64,000 bases of DNA, taken from assembly GCF_009914755.1 (NCBI RefSeq), contig NC_060926.1. One strand, written 5' to 3'. The stretch's first letter is position 1. Each line of letters starts with the position of its first letter. The translations under genes were made by a program, and so were the position numbers. The stretch is from the human T2T-CHM13v2.0 reference genome, Homo sapiens. Below the pieces are notes generated by a model, which saw nothing but the letters and a program-made list of their open reading frames with translations, did no database searches and was not told the origin of the DNA. Below, piece by piece: positions 16,477 through 33,853 of the stretch.

Positions 16477-16526
16477 TATATATTCAGTGTAAAAGCATAT
16501 GTATATATTCAGTGTAAAAGCATATG
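16477..16526. repeat. Perfect 25-bp tandem duplication
   Basis: tatatattcagtgtaaaagcatatg x2. Confidence 0.95.
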
Positions 16527-17060
16527 CCTTTTTTAAATAAAGAAAAAACTGAAATACTTTGCTACAACAGTTGGTGAAATAGATTGTGTGCATACCTGTG
16601 CAAATGTATATATACATATACATATCAAACACAAGGTGAGTTATTTCTACCATTATTTTGTTATAGGTAAATGTGATACCAGCTTTTTTCTTTTTTGTTT
16701 GATGAGTCATCATCATGTCACTATTTTCAATTTGTTATATGAATACAATTTTAATAATTTTTTTCCTAGTTGCTTTCTTCCCTTATTTACATCATGCTAT
16801 TTCAAAGCACACCATATTAACTTTTATAAGATGAAGAAAAATATAAAAACACAAATTATGGTACTAAAATCATTCTATTTCATTGGAATATACAGGATAA
16901 TGCAAATATGCAATTTTATTCTGAGTGCTATGGACAATATATTCTGATTCCTATACCATAAAGTAAAATACCAATCACTGATACAAGTATTTATTTAGAT
17001 TTAGTTCTTATCTACAAGCAACTTGTTTTTCTACTTGATATTTTCACAAAGTTCCACTGA

Positions 17061-17361
17061 TTTTTTTGTTTGTTTGTTTTGAGACAGGGCCTTACTCTGT
17101 CGTCCAGGCCAGAGTGCTGTGGCATGATCTTGGCTCACTGCAACCTCTGCCTCCTGGGTTCAAATGATTCTCCTGCCTCAGACATTTGAGTAGCTGGGAT
17201 TATAGGCATGTGTCACCACGCCCAGCTAATTTTTGTACTTTTGGTGGAGATGGGGTTTTGCCATGTTCGCCATGCTGGTCTCAAACTCCTGGCCTCATGT
17301 GAGCTGCCTGCCTTGGCCTCTCAAATGCTGGGATTATAGGCGTAAGCCACCATGCCTGGCC
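17061..17361 (-). mobile_element. Alu (older J/S-type)
   Basis: TSD aagtt(c/g)cactgattttt. Confidence 0.95.
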
Positions 17362-20141
17362 AAGTTGCACTGATTTTTATATTCCCAAATTTGAAATATT
17401 TTTCTTAAGATTGCTTGCTGACTTGAAGGCACTGAGGTGGAAGGCAAGGTTTCATGTTCACATGAAAAATTCCCTAATGCATAGAAAAGTCAATGGATTT
17501 GCCCTTAGCCACACAGCTTATGAGGTATGACAAACAGAGTTCAGTCCTTGGTTTCTTCTGGCTAGATCCATTTTATATGATAGATGAAGCAGCTAATCTT
17601 TAGTATTTGCCAAACTTTCCTTTCTGTACTTTATTGCCAGCAGCTAACTACTATTTTTTTTTTAAAGACTATTAGAAATTAGTGGTAGGCATGTACGTAA
17701 AGGAGTTGCTCAGAAGGCCAGCCTCTCTCTGCTTAAGGTTATTTCAGTGAAGGCTTGAACCAGGCAGAACATTTTCCCTCAAGTTTTGGAATCATACATC
17801 TGAAACACGTGATGGAAACCCAGGCCCATTATCTGGTGAATGGTTTTTCTGATAAGAGATGTAAATGTTGGCTGATAAAAGCTAAATCAGAGGAAAGTTA
17901 TCTTGAAGAAAAATGAATAATAACTTAACCAAAGAACTACTCTTATAAGGGTCAGTAACACCATGCTTTGATCTTGAAGAATCAAAAGCTATCTCCCACA
18001 AATATGCAGCTTATCTCTTTTGTCTATCAACACAGTGAATCCAGGCAAACAGAACAAGACAAAAAACAAACAGGCTGAGCACTCTCCCCTCCTTCCTTAA
18101 CTGGAGCTACACAGAAGGAGTTGAGTGATGGTAGATATCAGGCCCTGGTCTGCGGCTTGGAAGTTTCCTGTGAATAAGAAAAACATCATCGCTTCTTGAG
18201 TCACAAGGATGATAGGATGAGAAAAAGAAAGGACAAAGGCACCAGAGGAGGTATGCCAAATGGGAAACTTTTCATCACTTTCCAGATAAAAACTAGCAGT
18301 CTGTGAAGGCAACTGGTCTGATTTTTCAGGTAAGAACATATGAGAGGCAGGCTGAGACCAATTTTCTACCAGGCCAGCTAATTCATCACAATGACAAGCT
18401 ATGGGTCATATGCTTTCAGGAACCAGACACTGGAACATGTCGTCTGATGTACATCACACCAGTAAGTACTTTCTTATGTTGATATTGAGTCATTCTTTCA
18501 GTGAACATTTTCTGCGTGCCTATTGTGTGCCAGTCATGGTACCACACGCTGGGAATCCAATGGGGAGTAAGAGAAAGTCCCTTTTCAAGGAGCTTACAGT
18601 GCAGTGGAAGAGAGAAAGTTAAAAGGTAATTCTCATTTGATGTGAAAATATTTAAATTCTTCTGTTCACTTAATTGAAGCGTGGTTAGGCTTTATACCTT
18701 CTCCCGGTCTAAACAGTTCTTTATAAAGTCCTTTCACGTAGAAACAAAGAAGGCATTAGTTTACTGCCTGTAAAGAGAGCAGATCAAGGCTGAGGAACAG
18801 ACAGAAGTCAGCAGACGTCCTGGAAATGTCACCAATCTTTTCTGAGAAAAACAAAGGAACCACTTCTTGGTTACCAGGTATTTGCCCAATATGCTATAGA
18901 CCAGTGATTCTCAAACTGGCATCCTTGGTCTACTAGAAATTTGCATACATAAGCTCAAGCTCTGCAAGAATTTTTAAATTTTGTGTCTTCACTTCGATGA
19001 TCAAAGCACATGAAACAATATAATAATATTTTAGATGAGATGGATGACATTTATGACTGAATCTTGCCATATGACTTCGGGTCCCATGTTTGTATTTATA
19101 GGGCACTTGGTGCAAAGTGATCAGAGGTGAGCTTTTAAAGGGACGGCGAACACACCTGGCTGCCCTTAGGCTGTCAGGGCCTTGATGTTCAATATGATAA
19201 TAACACCAGTCCCCATCTGCCACTTACGCACACTTCGCTTAGCAATTAAAAAAACCTTTTCTCTTACAGTATTAACTTGCATCATGAAAATGATCAAGTG
19301 GGGTTAAGTAATGTATATGTAAATTACCACAGGCTAAAGAGAAAATAAAAGAGATGGATTTAAAAAGAAAATTATGCATTCATGCTAAATAATGCATAAA
19401 AGATATCCTGGCTTATTCTAAGAACAAAAGCTCTGCAATAGTTTGCAAATAGAAAAGTGGTGGTAGAATCCACTCATCCCAAGGCACATTCAATGATATG
19501 TTTTATCCTTCAGTATTGTATTTCAGGTTACACTATTAAATGAATTGGCTTATCAAACCAATGAATCAGTAGATAAAAATAAGCTTTTTGTTAAGAAGGA
19601 AAAATGATGACTGATAATTCCAAGGAGGCACATGCTAGGCCAGAGATGCAAAAAATCAAAAGAATCAAGTCAAACACAAGCACAGAAAGGTGCAAATGTG
19701 TCTTTCCACCGATAATGGTCTCAACATTGGTGATTTGGCTTCTGAAAAACAAAGTATCCTCATATTAATAGCATTAATTCAAATGTTATTGATTTTTTCT
19801 AGTTTTTAACTTAATTTGTATGTCTTTTGGTTTTGTAGTTTATAAAAGCTGTAAGCATAAGAGGTTTATACATATTTTATATTTGTACACATTTAAGTTT
19901 AAAATAAAAGTGACTAACGTCAACATTATAGGTCCGCAATATTTCTTTTTCCTTTTAGAGTGGAAAAATAACAGATGTGACTCTTACAAATTTTCATGAG
20001 TCCACCCAGCGTTTGGAATAACATAACAAGTTTGAGAAATGTTGTTAAAGACAACTGATCATGATTAGAGGAATGTTTGAAAATTACTTTAATATATTTA
20101 TTCAAGTTTATTAATGTATACAGTTAGAAGGAATCTGTGGC

Positions 20142-20423
20142 AGTCCTCTCTGTTGCCCAGTCTAGAGTGCAGTGGTACAATCATAGCTCACTATAGCTTC
20201 AAACTCCTGGGCTCAGGTGATCCTCTTGCCTCAGTCTCCTGAGTAGGTGGGACTACAGGTATGTACCACCACACCCAGCTAATTTTTAAACATTTTTGTA
20301 GAGACAGGGTCTTGCTATGTTGTCTGGGCTGGTCTTGAACTCCTGGCCTCAAGTGATCCTCCTGCCTCAGCCTCCCAAACTACTAGGATTATAGGAGTGA
20401 GCTACTTACTGCATCAGCCTGGC
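20142..20423 (-). mobile_element. AluJ-like, tail lost
   Basis: tcatagctcact/cttgctatgttg J diagnostics. Confidence 0.9.
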
Positions 20424-20662
20424 TTCTTCTTAACAAAGAAATTCAATTCAACCTCAGTGGTAATATAATGAAGATTAAGGTTATACTAATACAAAGTATT
20501 ATCATTTGGCTCTCTCTACATGGGTACGTTTATCTCTCTGTGCCCCTTAGAGTACATTCTAGCACTTTTATGGGTACACCTTCTGATTTGGCTAGTGAGG
20601 TACAACTTAAATTCCTTTTGAAACATAAGTTTCTTCAGGGCAAAAGCCCTTGCTCCTTTATC

Positions 20663-20949
<287 letters not shown>

Positions 20950-23293
20950 GTCCTCCTTTATCTTTGTGTTCCCCAAGTACAAAACACTTTTCTGTCTACC
21001 TGATAAGTGCTTAGTAAAATACAAAGCAGGGACATGATTAATTTAGGCCAAAATAACGTATGTGGCTCCTAACAATTTCCACCCGGTGTTTGGAATAAAC
21101 AATCTTGCTATCTTTTTTTTTTTCTTTTTTTCCTGTGGCAGAGAAATAAAAAAAGAATTGGAAAGCCAATGTCCAATTATTTACTAAAACAGAATCCACT
21201 GGAGAGAAATGCAAAGGCAGGTAAAAAGGCAATCTCTTAACATGAAAACTCACAACTGTAAAATGAGAACCTAAACTATACAGCGACAAACTCAGGAAAA
21301 AGTCTCCAGCTACTGCTGTCTCTCAGACTCTCACAGTATGTGTAACCACTTCCTCCTCTGCACGGAATCACCCCAGAAGATCAACTCTACTAGATCATTT
21401 GAGGACAATGAACAAAGTCTCAAGACTGAATTCCCACAGAAAACATTCTCATGAAACCACCCAATATTCTGGTGAAGTTAAAGAAGGGCATGTGTTCGGA
21501 GACAACCAGAAGCAGCAATGCTCAAAACCACAAAACTCTGGATTGCCGACTCTGCACATCCTGGTTCCTCTAGATACAGTTCAGTGGCACATTCACAAAT
21601 AAACGTTTTCAAAAACTGCCCTCAGGCAGTTCTAGAGAAATGCTTTGACTTGCCTAATGGTATAATGTCAAGAAAGGAAGACCAGCACTGATCATTCATA
21701 CTCATTATTACAGTCACAGGGCACTGTCTGACTTGACAGATACAGCCGAGCAGTTAAAAGGTTATGGGAATTTAAGTCCATTATGGTCATACGATTCTTA
21801 TGGACCCAGAGATATGAAATTAATCAGCCACATGTGTAGGGACAAAGTTTGTCATAAATAGATATAAGTTATCTGCATGCTAAGAACTTAGTTACTTAAC
21901 TCTGTTTCCTCATGTTAATATAAACATAATTATAGAATGCAAATGAAATACTTAGCCTGGAGCCTATTATATAGGAAGCACTCAATAATTTCAAACTATT
22001 GAGTATATTATTAGATAGGCTCCATAATTATTTATTCCTTTTTCAACAGACAGTATGATCTATTGAAAATAAAGCCAAACTAGATTTCTTTGACCCACTC
22101 CTTTTTCTGTTTGTATTGTTGGCAAGTTGTTCTAAATCAACTTGCCAACATACTATTAACATGTTATTAACATAGAAGGGATGCTTATTTTGTTTGCTTT
22201 GTAAGAAATGCTTCTGATTCAGTAACTGGGCAATTTATTTAAATATAAGTAAAAAGCAGATTTTATTAAAAACTACTTTGTGCTATCATAAATAACTCAT
22301 TGTTCTCTGTGATTCAGAAGTGGATTTATTATTCTTTTGGGGTTGGGGAAGGCACTGAGACTGGTTTCAGCACTGATATTTTGCTTTGGTCCACAGACAG
22401 TCCAAGTCTAATGAGTTACTAAAGGAAAATGACATTTTACTGAACTGTTTTCTTCATAAATATAACAGAATGTAGGAAAAATCAACAGTAAAACAGATGT
22501 ACCTAAAATATTATTATTCCTCATGTAAGAAAACCATCTTGAAAATCATGATTGAACCACTTATTAGCAAAAAAACACAATACTTTGGAGAAATATCCAG
22601 TGGATGAATGCATGTATAATTTGGGGAATCTTTCAAAGTTACATCAGAGAACAATGTTTATCAGAAAATAATTTAACAAATATCTGAGAGTGATACTATG
22701 AAAAGAACCTAAACTAATTTTGGCTATTGGAGTTCCTGTTTTGGGCCTTTTAAATTTTAGGTGATTGACTGTCCAGTTGTCTTCAAGTTGACATTAATAG
22801 TTAAAAGAGATTCCATGCATCAAAAATGTGAAAATTAGATATATACGTGATATACAATTCAAAAGCATATGCAGATCTATAAATTAGTACATCCATTCAA
22901 ATAAAACATGACTAGCACTTATTCCTTTTGCAGAAGTCATAGAATAGATGACAGGTTCTAAGAATCTGTGTTCCTTACTGCCCTGAAGAAGAAAGTCTCT
23001 AATCTCTTAATAGGCCTACAAGATAATTAGTTCCTTGGAAAGGTATTTTAATATACCTTTGGATGGCTTCTAAAACGTTATCTTAATGATATTGCCATGA
23101 TATTTTGGCCCTCAGTAATTTCCAGCTAAACCTTGAGCCAGAAGGCTCAGTCCTCAGTCTAGGCATGGAGCAGTCAAGGCTGGTTTTATTGTGTAAATGT
23201 AAAATATTTTAGAGTAACGCTCCCTGTAGGAAACAATGTGACAGCACCACTAAAAAGCCCTCCTATAAACAAATTAATAGTTGAATTAAAGAT

Positions 23294-23598
23294 GGCCAGG
23301 CAGGGTGGCTCACGCCTATAATCCCAACACTTTGGGAGGCCCAGGAAGGCAGATCACTTGAGGCCAGGAGTTCAAGACTGGCCTGGCCAACATGGTGAAA
23401 CCCCATCTCTACTGAAAATACAAAAATTAGCCGGGCATGGTAGTGCATTGCTGTAGTTCTGGCTACTCAGGAGGCTGAGGTACAAGAATTGCTTGAACCC
23501 GGGAGGCAGAGGTTGCAGTGAGCCGAGATTGTGCCCACTGCACTCCAGCCTGGGTGACAGAGTGAGACTCTGTCCGCTCCCCACCCCCAAAAGGAAAA
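23294..23598 (+). mobile_element. Alu (AluS-type), degenerate C-rich tail
   Basis: Dimeric Alu. Confidence 0.95.
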
Positions 23599-24139
23599 GA
23601 GATCCTAGATCCTAGTTGCATTTAAATTATATCCACAGAATCACACTGGTCCATTTATATGCATGATTAATTTCAGGAATAGTGGTTTTTAGAATTAGAG
23701 TAAGTTTAGGGGCAAATTACTTTAAACTGAGTCCTTCTGATAGAACAAAGAAGTGAAGGGCACACTACTAATATAATATTGATTTAAATTTACTATATGC
23801 TTACTATGCTTACACAGTATCAAATGGTTTATACATATATTATTTCATTTAATCTTCAAAAAGATGCTGGAAGTTAGAAATTCCGATCCCCATTTTACAG
23901 ACGAGGATGACAACTTGGAGGTTGTTTAATGTCTCATTCGAAGTCACCTGGTGGGTAAATTGCAGAGCCAGAATTCAAACCTAGGCCTTTCTGGCTCCAA
24001 ACCTGAACAAAATCTTAAGAGCTATACTCAACTACCTTCTAAGAGCCATTACTGCTGCTCTCCCAGTGAGACAGAGTCTACTATTAGGACTTCCCAATGA
24101 CCATTACTATGTGGTGTCAATAAATTATTTTAATCAGGT

Positions 24140-24454
24140 GTCCAGGCACAGTGGCTCATGCCTGTTATCCCAGCACTTTGGGAGGCTGAAGCAGGAGGAT
24201 CTCTTAAGCCCAGGTATTCAAAATGAACCTGTACAACATAGCAAGACTCCATCTCTATTAAAAAAAAAAAAAAAAAACACAAAACAATTAGCGGGGCAAG
24301 GTGGTGTGCTCCTGTAGTCCCAGCTACTTGGAAGGCTGAGGCAGGAGGATGGCTTGAGCCCAGGAGGTTGATGCTGCAGTCAGCTGTGATCGCGACACTA
24401 CACTGCAGCCTGGGCAACAGAGTGAGACCCCCTGCCTCAAAAGAAAAAAAAAAA
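24140..24454 (+). mobile_element. AluJ-like
   Basis: ggaggatggcttgagcccaggagg J diagnostic. Confidence 0.93.
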
Positions 24455-27292
24455 GGTGTCTTTAAAAATTCAATAATTATCCCTATGTAAACTGTCTGTA
24501 GGAAAATAATAGTCTCAGTCCAGATTTGCTATTATTTAAGTTTGGTACAGCAAAGATCAGAAGTTTGCCATGTTGGTCCAGACATCTGAGTGATAAGTAA
24601 ACAAATCAGGAGAGGACTAAGGGAGAGAGCTAGGCAGGTCTTAACAGGAAAATGCATATGGATCATCAGAAGTAAATTCATGCTATTTTCACCAAGTACT
24701 TCAGTTGTTAACCAAGACTAACATTTCCAGTCTAATATTATATGCAGAAAAATTCATTTGCCACAAAGCTAGAAAAGAAATAGGTTAGCAATTTTGAACA
24801 CTAGGGTTTATCTTAAGAAAGATAGCTTTTGAAACTTTAACTTTTTATTAACTAAAATTCTGTATTGTTTGATAAACTTCAAAATGGGCCATTATTTTTA
24901 AAATAAAAAAATTAAGAGTAAAATTAAACTCTAACAAAACCCCAGGGCTCTTCAAATAGGATAATGAAAGGAAATAGAAGGTTCAAGTCTGCATTTGCCT
25001 CTAGTCTGGTGAATCCTGAGACACATATCCATTTGCCTTTTGTGGTTCAGAATTTCTTGACTCCCAAGTTACTGATTTCCTGATAACATAAAATATGGAA
25101 TGATCTAATCTACCCAGAATGAAAAAATTATCACAGATCATGTCCTCATGGTGAGGGGAGTTATATAGGAAGCACTCAAGGAGGAAACAGCCTGCTGCCA
25201 AAAATAATCACTGGTGCCTGGGGAGAGCTGGACTAGTAGGGAACAGATTTACTGGCTGGACTTAATAATCATATTAGAGGGGAAATTCTCAACTCTTAAC
25301 TCAGGTTCATGGCCTTTCTCATTACATAGTGCTATACAAACACCAATACTAAAAATTTTATAGAATTTTTAAATGTGCATTACATTCACCTATAAAATAC
25401 TGTTAAAGGTTGTTTTCTAATGAATATATTTGTATTCGTATAAAATGTTAGAACTTTTTTTCAGCTTTTATTTTAGTGTCATAGCATACAAACATCTTCT
25501 TTCAGTGAGAACCAGTAGTAGCATATAATAATGCCATGGGGACACTACCCATTTTACAGATGTGGTACTGACGTTTGGAAGCTGATTTTTCTAACAGGGG
25601 AAATAAACATCTCCTGAGGTTTGTTTAAAAAAAAAAAGGACAGCAACTTAGTACCATTCACATTTGCGTGATAAATGAATTTATAGGGAGCAGTGATTTA
25701 AATACAGCAGTTGAAAGTAAAAGCCATATCACAATGCATGGAAAACCATAGCCACATAGACAGGAAGACACACCAGTGAAGTCTCAGGGAAGAGAAAACT
25801 ATACATAGATGCAAACTAAATGAATTGCCTGCTATCCTCTGGCTTAGGATGAATCACAAGCAAACCAAGAAAACACAAAGTAAAGAGGTATACCTACTTC
25901 AATCTCTCAAGGGCTACCACTTTTATCATTATATTATGGGAAAAATAAGAAGGAATATTTATCTTAAGTGGTGTGCCACAGATGAGAAAGGACATATGCC
26001 AAGCTATGTTGGTACTGGGAATCCTTGCTCCAGGTATGAATATAAGGTCCACAGTGAACTTTGACACATAGATTACTGAGTGGCTCCATTCCATGTATAA
26101 ATCTGTTATCAAAAATATCATTGAAATAGGAAATTAAAGAAGTTCAGCCTATTTCCCACCCCTGTGTTTGTGGGAATGCTCCTCACAACTATATAAAACA
26201 GAATGTTCTCTTAGATATACAAACTTCCCCTTTACGATGTTATGATAAGCAAAATATTTAACTCCCAAAAACTTGACAGAAAATGAAAGTGCAGTGTGAC
26301 ACACACTCTGGATAGGAGGAGTGGTATTATCTCATTGATTTACTTTTACTTATCATGACAGCATCTGCTTCCCATGGTCACATTCTGTAAAGATGGAAAT
26401 ATATTTCATAGCCTATCAAATAATTGCATAAAAATAGATTACCATGTGAATCCTATGTTAGAAGAAAGATTATGCTTAACTGAGGACTCTAGATGCCACT
26501 AAAAAAAAATCTTCAACATCTTTAGGAGATTAGAGACTTTTCAGACTCTAAAAAGCAGAAAGAAAACAAAACAAAACTTGAAGCTACCAACTTGGGCCTG
26601 CAGCTTTTCCCTCTGTTAGGATCTGTTAAGATTCTGTCAAGTCATTAAAGACTAATGACAAATGCCCTGTCCAGGTAGATTAGATCACCTAATCTCTCTG
26701 ATGGTGGAGATTTAAAGATATGTTAATTCGTATTACACACTAATGTGGAACGCAGAGAAAAAGTGAAAAACTTCTTGAGTTTCCTGTTTTGTGGGGGATG
26801 GGGTACACTTAGAGGAACAGATATTAACTAGTGGCATGTGTTGGTTGGAAGTGGTAGAAGAGAGAGAAAATAGAGTTCCCTTTATTTTGTGATTAGCAAA
26901 AGAGGAAGAATTTTGTTTGTTTTGCTTTGAGGTCTAGGATTGCTAACATTTCTAATTAGATCACTGAGGGGCTTGTTTCTGCAATTTTTTAGAACTAAAA
27001 CTTCTTACACAAGATTCTCTAGGGGAACGTGGATTACTGAGTGGATGCCATAATAAACAAACATGCAAAATCTTCACTTGCATAATTATTATAATTTTTC
27101 CGTGGTTAAGAACAGCATGCTTATGTTGGGGAAGGCACTAAGAGTTGAGTCAAATGTTATTAACCATGTGAAACCAGGTGAAACTGGGATTTTTATATAC
27201 ACAGTGTTTATAGTATAATACTTGAAATTTTTTGTAGCTTTAGCCTTTACAAACTTTAGAAGGTAATGACAACTTTAAAGACATGAGACCAA

Positions 27293-27712
<420 letters not shown>

Positions 27713-28792
27713 CTAGATATTTGAACAGTAAGGAGGAAAAATAATGATGAGTTGGATAAGATCCCTATTTGCAAGGCTCTTAAAATCTAATTGGAAAATA
27801 ACGCATAAGGACTTGAAAAGTCAAATCAAAACACAAAAGTCATAAAGTCAAACCAGTACAAAGGACAATGTGATACATTTCATGACTCATGATCAAAATA
27901 GTGTCAAGACCAAAGGTTATTGCAGCCAACTGTGCCATCAGAATTATACAGAGAGGTTTTGAAAAAATAATTCTTAGGCTCTACCCCAGACCTCTTGAAT
28001 TAAATTTCTGGGTAGGGCATGGGAGAACAGGGGTATAAATTCTGAGAAGGGAGAGGAATTGGAGGAGGCATGACCTGGCATTTTGTATTATATAAAGCTT
28101 CCCAGGTGATACTGATGAAAACAGTTTGGCACAACTTAGTGGATCAGTATTTGGAAATCACTGCTGTGGGCCAGGATGGTACCACCAGGCAAATATACTT
28201 CTACCAGTAAAGGTGACAACTGGACTTGGGGTTAAGAAAGATTTTCAGCAGAAACTCTTCTTTTCCTATTCCCACTGATGCCTAGCACACTTAGATAGAG
28301 AAATACTAGCCTAGATCATGAAAGTGAGAGTCCACAGTGGAGTTGAAAGATTTCAAGGAGGGAAAGCTTCTGCTGGGTTTTAGTGGAAAAATCTTGCTTC
28401 CCAAACTTAGAAGGAGAGAAAAGCTTGCCAGGGAAGGGGAACAGCATGTATTCAGGAAAGTAAAACTGGGCTTGAGAAATGATGTTTTGAAAAGTTGTTT
28501 AGAAGAGAGGGCTCATGCAAGGTGAGGCTCAGTTTTAGAGAATATCAGATTCCCTACTTAGGTTCTAATCTGTTTTTATTATGGAAAAATGTGAATACCA
28601 AGTCTGGAACTCTATATATCTCAGTTCAATAAACTGTATGCTACTTTTGCTTACTCAAGTTACACTCAAAAAGTTATGTCATTAATTTCATTATAATCTG
28701 CACTTCTAGGATAAACGCTTGGCTTAAATTTTTTTTTCATATTTCGTTTTTTAAATAGGGTTCTGGGTTGTTTAGTTGATTTTATTCACCTT

Positions 28793-29081
28793 TATTTATT
28801 TTTTTTTGAGACAAAGTCTCACTCTGTCGCCAGGCTGGAGTGCAGTGGTGCAAATCTCAGCTCACTGCAACCTCCACCTCCCAGGTTCAAGCGATTCTCC
28901 TGCCTTAGCCTCCCGAGTAGCTACAGGCACACACCACCATGCTCAGCTAGTTTTTGTATTTTTAGTAGAGACGGGGTTTCACCATGTTGGGCAGGATGGT
29001 CTTGATCTCTTGACCTCGTGATCTGCCTGCCTCGGCCTCCCCAAGTGCTGAGATTACAGGCGTGAGTCGCCGTGCCCGGCC
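28793..29081 (-). mobile_element. Alu (AluSc-like)
   Basis: TSD-like gattttt?attca(c/a)cttt on both sides. Confidence 0.95.
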
Positions 29082-29279
29082 GATTTTATTCAACTTTTAT
29101 ACTTAATAGAGAGAAGCCAGCACTACAATACCTGGTGATGATGACAAAATATTTGCATACAAGATGTTTCGCAAAGGATGTCAGAAAGAAAGAATAAATT
29201 TCCAAGACAACTATCAGTAAAACTAAGATTTAATGGTTTGTGCTTATGCAACTTGAACCAAATACCAATATTATTGTTA

Positions 29280-29676
<397 letters not shown>

Positions 29677-29711
29677 TATAAATCCAAACTTTTCAAAATC
29701 ATCTGTTTTTC

Positions 29712-29865
29712 AGCCAGGCATGGTAGCTCACGCCTGTAACCCCAGTACTTTCAGAGTCTGAGTTGGGAGGATCACTTGAGCTCAGGAGATTAAGACCAGC
29801 CTGGGCAACATAGTGAGAACTTGTTTCTATTGAAAAACAACAACAACAACAAAAAATAAATAAAT
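29712..29865 (+). mobile_element. FLAM-type Alu monomer
   Basis: Left-arm-only sequence followed by an A/(CAA) tail. Confidence 0.88.
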
Positions 29866-31120
29866 GAAATCTGTTTTTCTGGCTAATATTACTTATACTC
29901 AAAGTTATAGTTTGGAACTAGACTGTGCCCACCACTATAGGTGCTTACATTCCAATTTGTATCTAACCTTTTATATGATTATTGGACTTAGGTCTGTTAG
30001 CTGTGGCTTAGTTAAACATTCTTAGTAAACTCATTTGACAAGCCATATTTATTATCAAATGGCAAGATGAGGTCACCAACGAGATTCTAGATCTTGATCA
30101 TTTAAACTTACGAAAATCAGCCTCACAGAAATGACAAGTCAGAAATGAAAAACCATCTTCTGATTGATTAGCAGCCAGCCAGGGAGGTAAAGAGGCAGAA
30201 CTCAATTTGCCAAAATGTACTAGTTGGCAGCAACAACTAGGACCAAAATGCAGAGGACAAACTATTCTAAAACTCTACGTGGAAATAAATGCCATTAAGC
30301 CACAAATAGCTCTTTACCAAACCAACTATACCAACAGCTACAACACAATCATCATCACGAACCATGAACAAAATGTGTTTAGAAAAATCTAAATCCCAGT
30401 CAAGGTTGGCTAAAGAAACTTAAAAATAGTTAATTAAAATTTATTAAGGATACCGTTAATACTCTTTTGTCAAGAAAATGAATTTGTTTACTTAAGATGA
30501 TTCATCTTGATTATATTTGTTGATAATCATAAATAGGCACAAATATATTTAAATTCACAGAACTAGGACAGAGTGTCTAAATTCTTAAACATCAGAGATT
30601 CTGGTATAGGATATTATCAAGATACATGCCTTTCTTTAACAAATAATTAAACAAAAGAAGTATAATAATTCTGTAGAGATCTGCCATTTCCAATCTTACC
30701 TGCATCATATTGCCTATAACATATCTATTTTAGTTATGTATATTTATATATACAATAACAATTTTAAAGAAATACTACCTGCTAAAATGGAATACCATTG
30801 TCAACTCAAATGTTCCCTAAGTGCACGTTTCACTATATATGAATAATGAAGACACTTGGATAATTATTGAATCGGGGTTTATAGTGCGTCTGAGCTCAGA
30901 GCCCACATAACTGTCTAAGCAACAATTTTATAGTGCTTTAAAATTCCATGTGCAGTATTTAGTGTCATATTAGTAATAACATAAAAAAAACCTAGACTGT
31001 TAGACTTCAACCCTAGATTTCTTCTTATCCAGAGGTCAAGCTTCTTAGGTCATGGGCATTACATTGAATTTCATGACATTTTTTTTTTAATTTAAAGAAG
31101 ACGTTTTAAAACAAAGATAA

Positions 31121-31436
<316 letters not shown>

Positions 31437-31959
31437 AACCTAGTCTAATTTAAGACGGAGCACGGAGCCCATATGGCCTCCCACCAGTCTGTCCACTCCA
31501 CCTGCCTCAGGCGCTCCAGGTTTGGCAACCACTGATCTACTTCAACCTCATCCTTTTAATAACAACTCAAGTTGTTTTTCAGGCCTTTCTCCCACACTCA
31601 TTTATTTTTATTTTACTATTTTAGAGGTTCTTGCTGCCTTCTATTTGTGACAAAAGCCCTTAAGAATGTGCTCTCTTTGATTGTTTATTTTGTGAGGCTG
31701 CTACAGATTCACACACCATTTAAATTCTGTCTTGGCCTTAAATATATACTAAGTATATGCTAGTCCAAATTCTTAATTTATAATGATTGCATAATGTATT
31801 ACCTTAATAAATTATTTTTCCTTAACTTCAATAATCTAATATGATACCTCTACTCAGGAAAGGTAGGGTGGTATTAAAAAACAATCTCATCCTTTAGGAT
31901 ATTACAAGACAGAAGCCCTTTGAGACTCAAGTCTGTAGGATTTTGTTATACATTTCTTA

Positions 31960-32208
<249 letters not shown>

Positions 32209-33541
32209 TCATTTATGTTCTGCACCAAGAGCCAGAATGCTCTATATCAGCATCCCAAACCAAGTTGTTCAAAATATTAACAATGAGCATAGTGAAGTAC
32301 CACTTGATCAGAACAGATACCAGCTGTGGGGCTGAAGCAGGGTTCTTAGTTATTGAAAGCCTTGTTTTAGTGGCTAAATGGTGGGGGGAGTTGAGGCATC
32401 CACATTCTTGAGAGGGGCTGGGGCAGTGACTCTTTACCAAGTGGCACAGAAGTAGTTCAATCTGCTTATAATTACTGAGGCTGCAGCAGCTAAACAGCAG
32501 ACTTGTTCATCAGGACTAACTTCTGCATTGACAGAGCACAGTCTGCAACAACACAATCAAAGGGAAGACTGAGTGGTATAAATGTTTTGGGGCAGTGCCA
32601 AGATATTTCTTCTTTTGGCTAAGGCAGGCCAGGGAATTCCCTGGCTCAGCAGAGGAGGGGTTGAAGAGCAGCAATCTTCATGTGGGGTTTCGAGTTAGTG
32701 TATTATCTCCTCAGGAGCAATTCTCCATGCCTATTAGAACACCTGGTACAACAGATCTTTCTGGTTTGAGCCTCCCACACCAGGGTGCTAATAGGAGCAG
32801 GTGTGGAGGAGCTAAATAGGGTTGTCCTAACCAGAATTATTTATTGCACCTAATATAGATTTAGAAACTCATACACACAAGTAGATAACCAAAAATACCC
32901 ATTAACAGCCTTACCAGAAAACTCTAATGTTGTTTTTGCTTCTGCTTTAGCATTTTCCCCCATATTACAGAAATCTTTTGAGACAATAGCAGAACAGCAG
33001 TATAAGAGAGAATAAGAAAAAATAACACACTGTACTGGATTTATAAACTGGGATTTTGAAAAGAGAGTTTTATTCCACCCACAACCATTTGCAGCCCTTT
33101 TATCATGTTGCATCACTTGGGTATTTGCTGAGGATTTTTCTAAAGACTCTAATGCTGGAAATATCCTCCCCACCCTCCACCGCTTGCTTGTCCTTCAAGA
33201 ATGCTCTCACTCATTCTTCAAAGCGTAGTTCAAACAGCCCCTCCTCGACAAGGTCTTCCCTCTCCTTCAAGCCCAAGTTAAATACAACCTCCTCTGAGCT
33301 CCCACAGAACAAACAGAACAAGCAGCTGCCATTGTGAACAGTTTATATTATTTGTCAATTATACCTCACTAAAGCTGGAAAGATATAAATAAAAAGAAGA
33401 AAACATGATTATCTAAAGGTATATTTTTCTTTCCCAACTATTAAAAAAGAAAATTTACAAAGCATTTTTCATTCATATTTTTATTCATTTGTAGTAGGGT
33501 TTCATATTTTCCTTTCCTATTAAGAATGCGGGAAATGTGTG

Positions 33542-33853
<312 letters not shown>

